NCBI GenBank assembly: GCA_028534125.1
Contig: CM052818.1
Coordinates: 33,606,001-33,670,000 of the forward strand
Direction of reading: 5' to 3'
Origin: Lama glama
Lineage: Eukaryota
DNA length: 64,000 nucleotides
Below the pieces are notes generated by a model, which saw nothing but the letters and a program-made list of their open reading frames with translations, was not told the DNA's origin and ran no database searches. How positions within the stretch are numbered: position 1 is the stretch's first letter; each line of letters opens with the position of its first letter. Shown piece after piece: positions 28,024-39,679 of the stretch. A program made the translations under genes and the position numbers.

Positions 28024-28222
28024 GGGTGTCTGTCCTGTATTTAGCAAATAAAAATACAGGACAGACATCCGGTTAGACTTGAATTTCAGATAAGCATCAA
28101 ATACTTTAAAAATATAAGTATGTCTCATGGAATGTTTGGGATATACTTATACTAAAAAGTATTTGTTGTTGATCTGAAATCCAAATTTAACTGGACATCC
28201 CATATTTTATCTGGAAACCCTA
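28024..28222. mobile_element. MER53 palindromic hAT MITE
   Basis: tttagcaaataaaaatacagga...tgaatttcagata...tataagtatgtc...gatatacttatac...atctgaaatccaaatttaactgg...tatctggaaacccta. Confidence 0.85.
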
Positions 28223-29476
28223 CCCCTCTACCATCCTCCAAGGCTAAAAGGGCTGAGGGAGCCCAGCCCTTCCCAGAGCCCGCAGCCAGGGCCCACTGGA
28301 GGTTCCTGGAACTCTCCCAAGAGGCCACTTGCTGGCTGCCTGCCAAGGCTGTGTCCTCAGTTCCTGGGTGGTGACCCGTGCAGCCCCGCCTTGGGTGGAA
28401 GGAGGAGAGGAACCATGACGGAGGGAGGACTAGGGGTCTCCTTAGGTCATGTCACCCTTGAGCCTCTGTGAGGCAAGAGTAACCTGTCTCCTTCACAGGG
28501 TCTTGTCCGCAGGGACGGAGGTCACGCCAGCTGGTGCTTTAACATTATGACCTGCCATCTTGTGAGGGTATTATTGTTGCAGGGCCAACCTGCATTGGTT
28601 CTTAAGGGCTGGTGTCCCCAGTGTCCCTCCCTCTTCCCTGACCCATCTCACCCACTGCCTGGCTCCAGTCACCATAAAGAGAACACTCCGACCCCTTGAC
28701 AGGAGTAAATATATACAATTTTCTCAGGGTTGACACCATCCCAGGAGCCACTGCACAGGCAGACCATCTGCTCTCCTCTGAACTAGGGAAACAGCCTCCC
28801 AGCTTGCCCTGCTCCAGTTCCCTGCCACACCACACCCAGGTCCCCTGCTGAAAACCCCTCAGTGCTTTCCCACTGGTCTCAGGATAAAGTCAAAACACCT
28901 CATCTGCCTAGCCCTCAGGCAGTCACACTGCTTGTCATGTCACAAACTGGCCAGCACCGTCCCCCTGCCCTAGCCCACTGTCCAACCAAAAGCCTTGCAG
29001 CTCTGCCCTTCCCCGGCTAGCCTCGATCCACCCCAGCCTCGGTGTCCTTCATGAGTCTCTTTCATAGTTCCTTCGTATCTTTGACCTTCCATGCCCTCCC
29101 CTGTAGAAGGGTGGTATTTGCTGCCCTGCCAGGCTTCTTAGGGTCTCACAGAGACTCAAATGAGAAAAGGGATGTAAGACTATTTTGTCAGCGGGAAAGC
29201 TCTGTGAGAGGCAAAAAACAGACTGACAAGCAATCTGGGAGAGCCTTACAAGCTGACCTCAGACACCCACAAGAAGCACAGGGGACAACAGGTGAAGGGA
29301 CCAAGGACATTATGGCAGTTTGAGTAGGGGTGTATAGCGCCTGGGTGGGGGCCTCTCGTAGAGCAGCCATAACCTAAGCATGAGGTCTGGGGCTGCATGG
29401 CAGCCGCCGGGGAGGCAGGGCTTGATGAGGGGTGCAGGAGAGGGGGGTTTGGCCCCCTTCTTCCAGCTCAGCAGGG

Positions 29477-29602
29477 TGAGTCATCCGGAGGTGTTGGCCC
29501 AAATCTTGCCTTCCTCCTCTGGAGGCTGAGCTGAAATGGTCCAGAGGATGCACCCAGAGCATGGAGACGGCAGCACGGGGAGTGAGTCACAGAGCTGAGT
29601 CA
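29477..29602. promoter_or_regulatory. Cluster of three AP-1 sites (TGAGTCA)
   Basis: Exact matches at 29477-29483, 29583-29589 and 29596-29602. Confidence 0.5.
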
Positions 29603-31459
29603 GAGCCCACTCAGCCCTTTTCAGGGCTCTGACGAAGGCTGTGCCAGCAGAGTGGCATTCTTCCAGGCCTTTCCCTTCACACACACACACACGCTTCTCC
29701 AGGTCAATGAACTTACAACATGCTTCCCCTGATTGCTAGCCTCACTTATTTCCCAGGGTCAGAGAATTCCTACTTGGTCTCCATGTAACAAGCTCATAGC
29801 AGGGGAATGAGGGAGCTGGTCTAAGATAACCCCTCAACACTGGGATGAGCTGGGAAGTCACTGCTTAGACACCCAGTGCCAGGACCCCCAAGTCTGGGGC
29901 CCTTGACTTCCCAGTGGGAACACTGAGCCTAAAGGTATGTCTATGCTGATTCAGACAGCATTCTGTTTTCTTCTTTTTCAGATAAATATGGAGGCTTTGA
30001 CACATGTAAGCATAACCTGAGCTCAGGATCACAAAATAGGTTCTAGTCTGATTTGTCCATTTTTAGCTTGAAGACTGAATTTTGGCTTTGCATCTATAAC
30101 AAAAAGAGCCATTTGCATGTATCAGAGAATACACAACATTAGAACTGGGATGACTTAGAAGTCATCAACTTCTAGTTTAACTGTTTTATTTATAGAGGTA
30201 GAAACTCAAGTCCAGAGAGGAGAAAGGAAACAGATTCTTTTGATCATTTCCAACCGTTTCCCAGCTCTTACAGAAATATAACTTGTACTACAAAAAATAA
30301 ACCACATTAAAGAAAGAATGAAAAAGAAAAATCACATTAATCCCAATATTCTAACATAACCATAGATAGCATAACCACCATTTTCATGACACTATAATAT
30401 TCCAGCATGAGATAGTCATAATTCTTTTCATGACTTATTTAATCATACCCTTACTGAAGGATATTTAAGTCATGCCCAAATTTTGCCTATCATAATGCCA
30501 AATATTACTTTTTCATTTATTTGTTTTCTTGGATTAGATAGACTCCCATGAGTGGAACTGCTCTAAGGTAAAAAGTATGAACATTTTTAAGTCTCTTGAT
30601 ACATGTAAACAAATGGCTTTCTTTAAGACTATTTGAATTAAACTGTTGCCAGCAATATAAGGGCCTATTTTCACTGCATTTTTACCCTCCATTGGCTCAA
30701 AATAAAATAACTTGTCCATTTCAACAAGTGACCAAAATGTCACTTTGGAAAAGCCAGCACCCCCTTTTAATTTGCAGTTGGTTCTGGCTCAGTGCATCAG
30801 AACCCCAGCCCCTGCGCCTTACATGAACTCAAGTTTTCTATCAAGTGATAATAGTACTAATATCATAGGGTTATTGTATCACTTAAACGAGATCATTCCT
30901 GCAAAATGCGTAGCACAAAGCCTTGCAGGTAGTAAAGATTAATAAATGTCAACTATATTATTATTTCATTCCAACATTACTTGTGGGTAGCCCCCTACCC
31001 ACAACCTTAGCCACTGTTTCTTACCATGATTCCTGTAACTCCCAGCCTTCAGGGAACAAAGCCTGTGTGAAGCCACATTAGCCACATACCTTTCCTGAGA
31101 ATTCTGTTTGGCAAATCATAAGCCATTAACCCCAGAGTGACACAGGCGTGATTTGGGAAGGAGTCAGTGGCGCAGGCACGCGCGTGGGCCGTGCGCCGGA
31201 ACACGGATGAACGCCCGTTCCACTCGGCACAGCCACGAGGACGCGCAGCACTTGAGACTGGCAAAAATGGGACAGCTTGCTTTCAGGAGAGCAACAGCTG
31301 GGGGGAGAACACCCCAGAAAGTAAAAATAAGAATATCTGATTTTTTTTAAATGGAAATCTCCAAGCACTCATCATGCTTAGACTCTCAGATACCTTATGC
31401 TAATTTTCAGTGAAGAGAAAACAAAACTCACTTTTTAGAAAGAAAAGCTGAGTCGAAGG

Positions 31460-31695
31460 GCACTCAGCTGAGAGCAATGGTGTGTGAAATTCAGTAGGAC
31501 CTGCAGTCAGAACCACCTGGGCCCAAATTCTGGCCCTTCCCCCACTAGCTCTGTGAATATGGCCAAGTCAATTTACCTTTTTCTGTCTCCGTCAACTGTA
31601 AAATGGGATGATAAAAGTACCTACTTTAGGGATTGTGAGGATTAGGTCAACTGATATGAACACATAAATGCTCCATAAGAATGGGCTATTTTATG
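31460..31695 (+). mobile_element. MIR SINE
   Basis: ctgtaaaatgggatgataaaagtacctactttagggattgtgaggatt. Confidence 0.75.
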
Positions 31696-32099
31696 GCTGT
31701 TTGCTTTCAGTGGGCATGTGGCTTGGCAAACCTCACAGCCAGTCAGGGAACTTTCTGAAGGTCTTCCCTACAGACACAGCCATGGAAGGAGGGCCAGCCC
31801 AGGTCTGCAGGCAAAGCTTCTGCTTCCTCTCAATCCCTCCTGAGGCGAGGGTCCAGGTGAAGGAATCCGTGCCTGCTGGTCCTTCCTCAGGCACCAGGCC
31901 CTGGCAGTCACACAGAGGTGGGGTCCGTGCCAGAGTCAGGGCCAGTGGAGGAGTTACTGCAGTTAGGCAGAGGGAGGCTGACCTTGAGGGCTGTTGCTCC
32001 TAGAATAACCTTGGATTCGATTGTCTAGGAAGGCAGTGAGGGCCTCCAGGCAGCTTCCTTTCTGGAGACCAAGGCCTTGCAGTCTGGAGGCTTGGAACA

Positions 32100-32720
32100 G
32101 AGAGGCGGGGCCTGGTGGGAGGGGTAGAAATGGAGGCGCTGGTGTTGGTGACAATGCAGGAGGGGACTTTGGGGAAGGAGAGGTGGGGGAGGGGTATTGG
32201 GAAGAGGCACAGAGGCAGTGGGGAAGGTGAGAGACCAAAGGTGGGTAAGGGAGGAGGAAGACAAGAGGGGACGTTGGGGGAGGAGAGGGGAGTGGGGGAG
32301 GGTAGAAGGAAGGGGGGTTGGGGAGGTTGCGGGGGACAGTGGAGGAGCGGGGGAAGTGACAAGGGCAGCAGGACCCCTTCTCCCCCAATGAGAGTGATTG
32401 TTTTCTGGGCACCTTTCCTTCCCTAAGAGAAATGCAGTCTCGGCCTTTCTGGCCTATTCTGGCCTTTTCTGGCCGCGTTGCAGATCCACACGCCTCCGAC
32501 GCACTTGTCAGGCAGCCGCTGGGGAGGACGCGGCGGGAGCCTGAAATGCCACCTACTCCCCGGCCTCTCTCCCAGTTGATGCTTCTATTTTAGGCACCAC
32601 ATTATTTCCTGCTGTGATTTTTTCAGCCTTCTAATTCGGGCTCTGAGGTAAGCCGTGACATCCGCTCCGGCTCCCGCAGCCTCCCCCTCCCGCCCCCTGG
32701 AAACTGGGACTCGACCCTTC
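32100..32720 (+). promoter_or_regulatory. G-rich tract plus CpG-rich promoter/first-exon-like segment with donor GAG|GTAAGC (32647/32648)
   Basis: G-runs at 32100-32360, CpG cluster at 32440-32715, consensus donor. Confidence 0.5.
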
Positions 32721-33899
32721 TGCAGGGACTCACTCAGCCACGCCTACCCAAAAAGAGGCTTTTAGGAGGGACATCCCCCCTCTGCTGGGTGAAAGAGTCC
32801 AGCTAGAATATATTTCTAGGCAAGGATTTAGAAAAATGACAGGGATGGGTATAAATTATACCAGTGTGTCTCAGATCCACCAAGGGGACTGCTGATGCTT
32901 CCGCGTAAGTGGTTTTCAACTTTTGGGGGAGACCAGGGCCCCTTTGAGAGCCTGATGAAAGTTATTCACCCTCTGTCCAGAAAATATCTGCAGGCAACCC
33001 CCACCCCCACACACTTCAATTCTGCTTCTAAGGTCAGGGTTGTGCGGGAGAACTTAGGTGTCCCAAACCCCAGGTTAAAAGCTCCAACTCAAAGGCCCTG
33101 AGTATCCATAGATCCGTCTCCTCTTGCCAGTTTCCTCCCAGTCAGACTCACTACTCCCTTCTTTTTCCCTCCCCTGGATAGGCCTCATTATATTTACTCA
33201 ATGTGACTATATTTGCAAGATTTCACCCCTAAGTGGGCAAAGGGAGGGCAGATTATAAAGTGCTTCCTGGGGGTAGGGGTGTGCCCCTGGGTCTCCATCC
33301 TGGTTGGCTTCCTGGGCCTGCCTGACCCTGGCAGTGGAAAGGACTCTGCACTTGCATTTGGAGAGACTTGGGTTGAATACAACACTCAGTAGCTTTGGTA
33401 CCTTGACATTCCTGAGCCTCCGCTTCACTTGCATGAAAGGAACTCTGATAATAAAGCTTACCTTGTGGGGCCAAACAAGGTGCTGTAAGCACAGGCACCT
33501 TCTCTGTCAAGGGAATGGGCTAGTTTACTTCTTTTGAATCACTCAGACCTTGTCGTTTCCCCTAAGAGTGGACAGCACCCAATAATTTTTTTTTTTAAAT
33601 AACAGGTAAAATGAGCCCTAAATAAGAAAGAGTTGAGAGCTATCTCCAGAAAGATGAGTGAGAAGTCAAGAGGCCATCCTCAGGCAAATACAGAGCAGCT
33701 GACATGGGAAATCAGCCTTTGAAATCTGGCTGATCTTGATTCAGAGCTCCCTTTTCCACAGGTGCTGCAAGGGGGCCCTCCATCATTGATGTCTCCCTCC
33801 CGCCTTCCATGTTCCCTAGGGTGCCCTCTGGTTATGTCTTTCTTTCTCCCAGCCCTATGGGATGTCTCTAGAGTGCCGGCCTGAATATGCATTCTCAGC

Positions 33900-34700
33900 A
33901 TGATGCCCTAATTGTCCAGTTCAGGGACCTTTTCTCAGTCCACTCTCCTTTGACTTCTGGGACACGCTTTCTGACACTGTAGAGGCTCTCTCTTCTTAAG
34001 CTTCTCCTAAGCTCCTACAGTGATACACCATCTTAGTCCTCTTCATGCCTCTGCTCTGTTTCTGTTGTTGCCTCCTCTTCCTCCTCTGCGCCTTTTTAAG
34101 GGTGGCAGTTACCCAGGGTTCATCACATTGCCTTCAGTTAGCTGTCCTCTACCCTTTGGGAGGGGATCTCATCCATTCTGGTTTCAGCTTTCTCCTCTAG
34201 GCTACCAGCTCTGATCTCTCTTGAGTTCCAATCCCAGTTTACACTGCCCACTGGATGATAGTAAGACCTGTTGTTATCTGAAACTCAACATACCTAAAGT
34301 TCATCTTCCCCCACCCAGCTTTCCTTCCTGGCTTCCCTTCTCTGTATGGGGCATGATATTCTCCTGGTCACCCAGACACAAGGGCCCCATCAGCTATGAC
34401 TCTTTCCCTTTCCTCCCACCTCCGTGCAGGCACCAAATCCCATCCATCCCTGCTTTGGGATGTCTCTCTGGCATCTATCCCTTCCTCCCCTTTCCCACCT
34501 CATCCACCTAACCCTAGCTCTCAGCTCTGATGGCTGCAGCAGCTTCCTGGCTGGTTTTTCTGCCCATAGTCTCTCCATCCTTTAGAATAAGTTAACTTCT
34601 GAGTCAAGACCCACCTCCACTATAACTCCTTGACCATCTGAACTGCTTTAGTACATCCTGCTTGTTCCATTGACTTCGCCAGTGCATCTTATCTTGCCAA
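33900..34700 (+). mobile_element. L2 LINE fragment
   Basis: tatctgaaactcaacatacctaaagttcatct...gcttcctggctggtttttctgcc, L2 motifs. Confidence 0.6.
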
Positions 34701-34934
34701 GGGCTCTCTTTCCTATTGCTATTTAGCTTTTCACATTTTTCACCTAAATGAGAAGCTCCTGGAGTTCTTTCTAGCCCCTGATCTGAGCTTTCCCCGGACA
34801 AGCCAGCATCTCTGGCACTGCACCCTGGCACTGAACACAACTGCTTCTGATTCCTCATTGTCTCACCTGTTTCTCAGTCTGGCCACTTCAGCCCTCTTTT
34901 TTATTAACCAAGAAATGGCCTCCACCAGAAAGCA

Positions 34935-35220
34935 GAGAATCCCAATTCCAGTGCCTATAGGCACCAGCAGGGCATGAAATGGGTGAGGTGAGCCAGGTGT
35001 ATGCTGACAGGGAGTGGTGGGATGTAACCCCATGTCCCCAGTCCAGAGGGGTTGCTGCTACTCAGCTCTCTTCACTGCCATCAGGCCCAGTGTGGCCAGA
35101 TTTTCCAGCTTTTCAAAAGAAACACCAAATTTGAGTTTTTATGGGAAACTTCCCAACTTTTAAAACAGTGTGCAGACCAAAACACAGCTGCAGGCTAAAT
35201 TCAGCCTGCAGGTAACCCTG
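34935..35220. mobile_element. MER102-like hAT-Charlie element
   Basis: gtgcctataggcacc...gggagtggtggg...gctgctactcagctc...ggcccagtgtggccagatttt. Confidence 0.55.
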
Positions 35221-36019
35221 GGCATAAAGAGTTCCTGCTCTGTAGTTATTCTTGATGTGGCAGACAGCACTTTGGACCAGAAGTTCCTAGTTACCGTTAT
35301 GTCAGTAATGAGCTGTGTGACCCTGGGTAAGTTACATCCCTCTCTGGGCCTCAGTTTACTTATCTGAACAATGAAGAATCCTATTAAATGATCCCCAAAG
35401 CCTTTTCAATATGGTTATTCTCTAGTTCTATGGCTTATACTAAATGGTAGTTTTAGGATTTCCCTGTTTAGGGAAATCCTGTTTAATTGAATTGCCTGGT
35501 TAATGAGATTTACCCTAAATACACAATGAACATAGATAACCACATTTCAAAGAACTAGAATACAATAAGTCATTGGTTAACTGAAATTCTCCAGGGTTAA
35601 CTGGAAAATCCCCTTTTAATCAAGCTCATTGTTGAAAGACTTTCTAAAATACCAGAGTTCAGTTTCCTGCCTTTCTAAGCACAGGAGATGCAGCAATGCT
35701 GGGCAGGCAAGGGGAACTGTTGAGTCAATGTCTGGATGGCCCAGCCACCTGGGCTGAAGGGGGCGGCAGCAGAACCGCTGGAGGTCCTCTCAGGCCACCA
35801 GCCAGGGGGCTGCTAAGGGTCAAGGACCAGCTGGTCGGGGCCAGAAGATCTCAGCACTGAGACCTCACCAGCCTCTTTGCAGGACTCGGGCCCTAGGGCT
35901 TAACATTCACTTTGGGAGCATATCTCACACATAAGCTGGGAACTTGTTGAAAACTGGTACTAGTACTGGCAGGGATGTGTGTTGAGACTGAATGTCACGA
36001 CACAATCCAGAGTGCCTTC

Positions 36020-36265
36020 CCTCTAAGAGTTAGATTTGGAACCCAGCAGATCTTAGTCGGAATCCAGACTCTTCCACTTCCTAGCTGTACGACTTTAGGC
36101 AAATGCCTCAACCTTTCTGAGTTTCAGTTTCCTCGACTATAAACTGGAGATAACAATACTCATTCATGGACTGGTTATGAGGGCCAAATGAAATCATGTT
36201 TGCTAACCAGTTGGTAAGGAGTCTGGGATTTAGTAAGTGCTGGATAAGGGGAAATAACTATTTCA
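36020..36265 (+). mobile_element. MIR SINE
   Basis: ccacttcctagctgtacgactttaggcaaa...cagtttcctc. Confidence 0.75.
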
Positions 36266-36509
36266 TTAGGAAGTAACAGCTTTTATTGTTTAAAATCCAG
36301 TCTGATTCTCCAGTTTTTTTTTCTTAGTAGGGTTAACAAAAGTCAGTATCAGTCACCTTCCACCTTCCATAACAGACCTTTGAGAAACTATTTATAGAAT
36401 CAGATGTCTCATGCTCTCCCGCCTCCCTTTCATCCTATGCTATTATTCTGAAATATAGACACTAGCTTTAAAATCAGAAAACCAAGATCTTGATTTTGCA
36501 ATCATTATA

Positions 36510-37375
36510 CTAATCATTGATTCAGTCAAGAATCATCCATGGATGGAAAAGTTTGATGAGGGCAGAGTATTCACAGGCTTAAAGGATCTCCTCTTAAATT
36601 ACTTATTAATTACAAAGGGAAAAAAACAATAACTTTACAGTGGAGAAACCTGGCAGATACCTCCTTAACCAAGTGATGCAAGTTAATGTCACCAATACTG
36701 AGACAGACATCATTTTGGCTCCTGATACAATGCACTGAGATGCACAGCATCACTTCTGTGAGATTCCTGCCAACAAATGCCTAACCTGAATTTGGTCGTG
36801 AGCGAACATCAGGCTAACCCAAGGTGAGGGATATTCTACAAAATGACAAGCCTAGATTCTCGAAAAACACTGATGTCACAAAAGAAAAACAAAAGCTAAG
36901 GAACTGTTTTAAATTAAAAACTAAAGATACAGAACAATTAAAAGGAGTTAAAATTAAAAAGAATGTGTGATCTGAACTGGCTCCTGGACTGGGGAAAAAT
37001 CATCAAACATAACATTATTGGAACAATCAGACAAATTTTAATATGGATTGTACATTAAATAGTAGTATTATATCAACTTTAAATTCCCTGATTTCAATTT
37101 TATGTAAAAGAATGTCCTTGTTCTTGAGAAATTCACACTGAAATATTTAACGTTAAAGAGGCATAATGTCTGCAACTTACTCTAAAATAGTCCAGAAAAG
37201 TATAAGCATGTAAAAATGCGTGCATAAGCATGTAAAAACACATGCAAGGAGAAATATTAAAACAAATGTAGCAAAATGTTCACCTCTGGTGAACTTGAGT
37301 GAGGAGTATAAAGTTCTTCGTACTTTGTACTAATCTTGCAGCTTTTTGGTAAACTGAAATTATTTCAAAAGAAAA
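36510..37375 (+). mobile_element. L1MC-type LINE 3' region
   Basis: aactttacagtggagaaacctggcaga...aaattatttcaaaa. Confidence 0.75.
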
Positions 37376-39206
37376 AGGAAAAAGAAAAAGAAGAAGAAGT
37401 GCAAGCCGTTAGTGCCAGGCACAGGGCCTCACGTCATTTGGCCTGCAGTGCAGTGAAGTAGAAAGAGCCCTAACTTTGAGATGAGGTTCAAACCCATCCC
37501 TGCCAACTGCAAGACACTCTGGACATCTGTCTTCACTCCAAAGTGTAAATAATGCCTTTTCCTTAAGATCGTCAAGAGAACTAAATGAGGGAATCTATGT
37601 AAAAAATCTGGCACGTGCCAAAGTATTATTCACATATTCTACAAGTATATGCTGCCAAGGGTCCAGAAGTGAAAAATACAAACAGAATTCTTGCTCTCGG
37701 GCAGCTTATACTCAAGTCAAAAGGAGGAAAATAAATGACTAAATGAAGGGCAGACATATAATTACAAACTGCCATAAATTCTATGAGGGTGATGGAGTGT
37801 GGCAGGAGCGACGGGGAGAGATGGGGAAGCCTACCACTTGTAGGGTGGTCAGGGAAAGCCTTACTGGGGACATGCCACTTAAGCTGGGCTTGAAGAACAA
37901 GAAGGAGGGAGGGCTTGGCAGCCTAGATGGTGGGAACAGCAGGAGCAAAGGCCCTGAGGTGGGTGAGAACTTGGTGTGTGCAGGAACTGTGACCTTCTCT
38001 CCTCAGCTAGAGCTTTTATAACTCCTGGTATGTTCCTTAAGAGAAGGGTCAGCATAAAACCCAGCACAGATCAGACATTTGGTATCTGATGAGTGAATAA
38101 GCAAATGGGTCCCTTCGGTTTCAGCATTTGCCGTGAAAAGATCCCCCTTTTCCCAGCCCTTAGCTGCACCATGTAGTGAAAAGGAAGGAGGCTCCCTCTG
38201 ACCTGGCAGCTCTGGAGTTTTCCTCTCCGTGGGCAGTTTGCTTAGATCACAGCGCAGGAAGGGACCCCAAGAGTCCCATGCTCCCACCTCTCGTGGTCAA
38301 AGGAAGAAGCCGAGGTCCAGGCTCAGGACAGACTTGCTGGCCCCACAGCCTGCCTGTTTATTTGTTCAACAGGTTTGTTCAGCCATGGCACAGCCTGTCC
38401 TAACTCTGGAACATTTAAAAGATGAGCCAAAAAATCACAGAAAAATGGTTTGCTCTTGGAGCTTAGGGGAGGGGCTGCCAGGGTGGGAAGCAGGGTTTAG
38501 CCAGCACTGGGACACAGTTTTGGCTTGTCCTTTGCTGTCTTTTTCCCTCCTGCTCTTGGGAACCAAAGGGACTCCAACAGGATTTCCTGCCTCAGTTTCT
38601 CCAGGACCATGATGTGATAAGACTAAATCACTCAACTGTAAGATCCCTAATTCTAGTCTCCACCCTCGTTAGCTCCATTGCAAACCCCCAGCTTCTACTA
38701 ATTTCTGAGTTCAAGCCACAGCCTGATCCACTTAATCAGCCCAGGGATGGAGGTGCTGGGCCCCGCACCTGGATGGTTCTGCCCCCCTCTGCCTACAGCG
38801 ACCTCTTTCTCTCTGCTTGTGAACTCTTGCTTATCCTTCAAAACCCAGCTGTTATGTCACTACCTCTAAAACCTTGAACTGACTCCTCCAGTAGTCTGCC
38901 AGCTACTCTTTAAATTTTAAAAAGCCCGACCAGGATAAACAGGATAGCTCAACTGCTGAATTTCTTTGCTTTTGTCTGACTGGAACACTAACTCAGTGTA
39001 GTCATGCTAGTTATTATTTCGTGCGGGTCAGAAGCACTTATTTGCAGTTACATAAATATTTGATTACAAAAATCTTGGAAGTGGTTATCTTAAAAATGCA
39101 ATTTGTTTGGCTTACAAAATAATTTATTTAAACATTAATTAGGTCCAGGGTAGTAGCAGGGGTGGGGTAAGAATGACAGAAGGAATCCCAGGGGTAAAAA
39201 GGTGAC

Positions 39207-39679
39207 TCTGTATGACTACACTGGTTACAACAACTACTGTGGATACGGTGATCATGGCGACCAGTAGCGTGGTTACGGGAAAGTAGCCAGGCGAGGTGGT
39301 CATCAAACTAGCTGCAAACCATACTAAATTATTCATTTACAACTTATCCCCAACAGGTGGTGAGGCAGTATTTTCCAAATTGAAGATTCATTTGAAGGTG
39401 GCTCCTGCCACCTGCTAACAGCAGTTCAAACCAAATTTTTTCTATCATGCACCTGAATGGAAGTATGATGTTGGGTCTCTCTGAAGTTTAATTCTGAGTT
39501 TTCATTAAAAGAAATTTGCTTTTATTGTTTTCTTAATTGCTATGCTTCAAAATCAGTTTGTGTTTTATGCCCCGCCCCATACTGTAGAGCAAGTCTTGTG
39601 CTAAAAGCCCAGTGTGACAGTGTCATAATGTAGTAGTGTTTTACTGGTTTTTTAATAAATCCTTTTGAATTAAAACAAA
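39207..39679 (+). pseudogene. HNRNPD: 5'-truncated processed pseudogene of HNRNPD (AUF1)
   Basis: 39211-39327 translates YDYTGYNNYCGYGDHGDQ*RGYGKVARRGGHQTSCKPY*, versus recalled HNRNPD C-terminus YDYTGYNNYYGYGDYSNQQSGYGKVSRRGGHQNSYKPY*. Intronless, followed by HNRNPD-like 3' UTR, AATAAA at 39654-39659, an A-rich tail, and TSD AAAAAGGTGAC at 39196-39206 and 39680-39690. Confidence 0.93.

Noticed and set aside
29643..29658. CTCF-like motif (also near 35797-35812 and 40055-40072)
   Set aside because: Spacing or core bases deviate from the consensus; cannot be supported without a PWM scan.
31963..32426. Pro-rich and Gly-rich ORFs
   Set aside because: Artefacts of the low-complexity G-rich tract.
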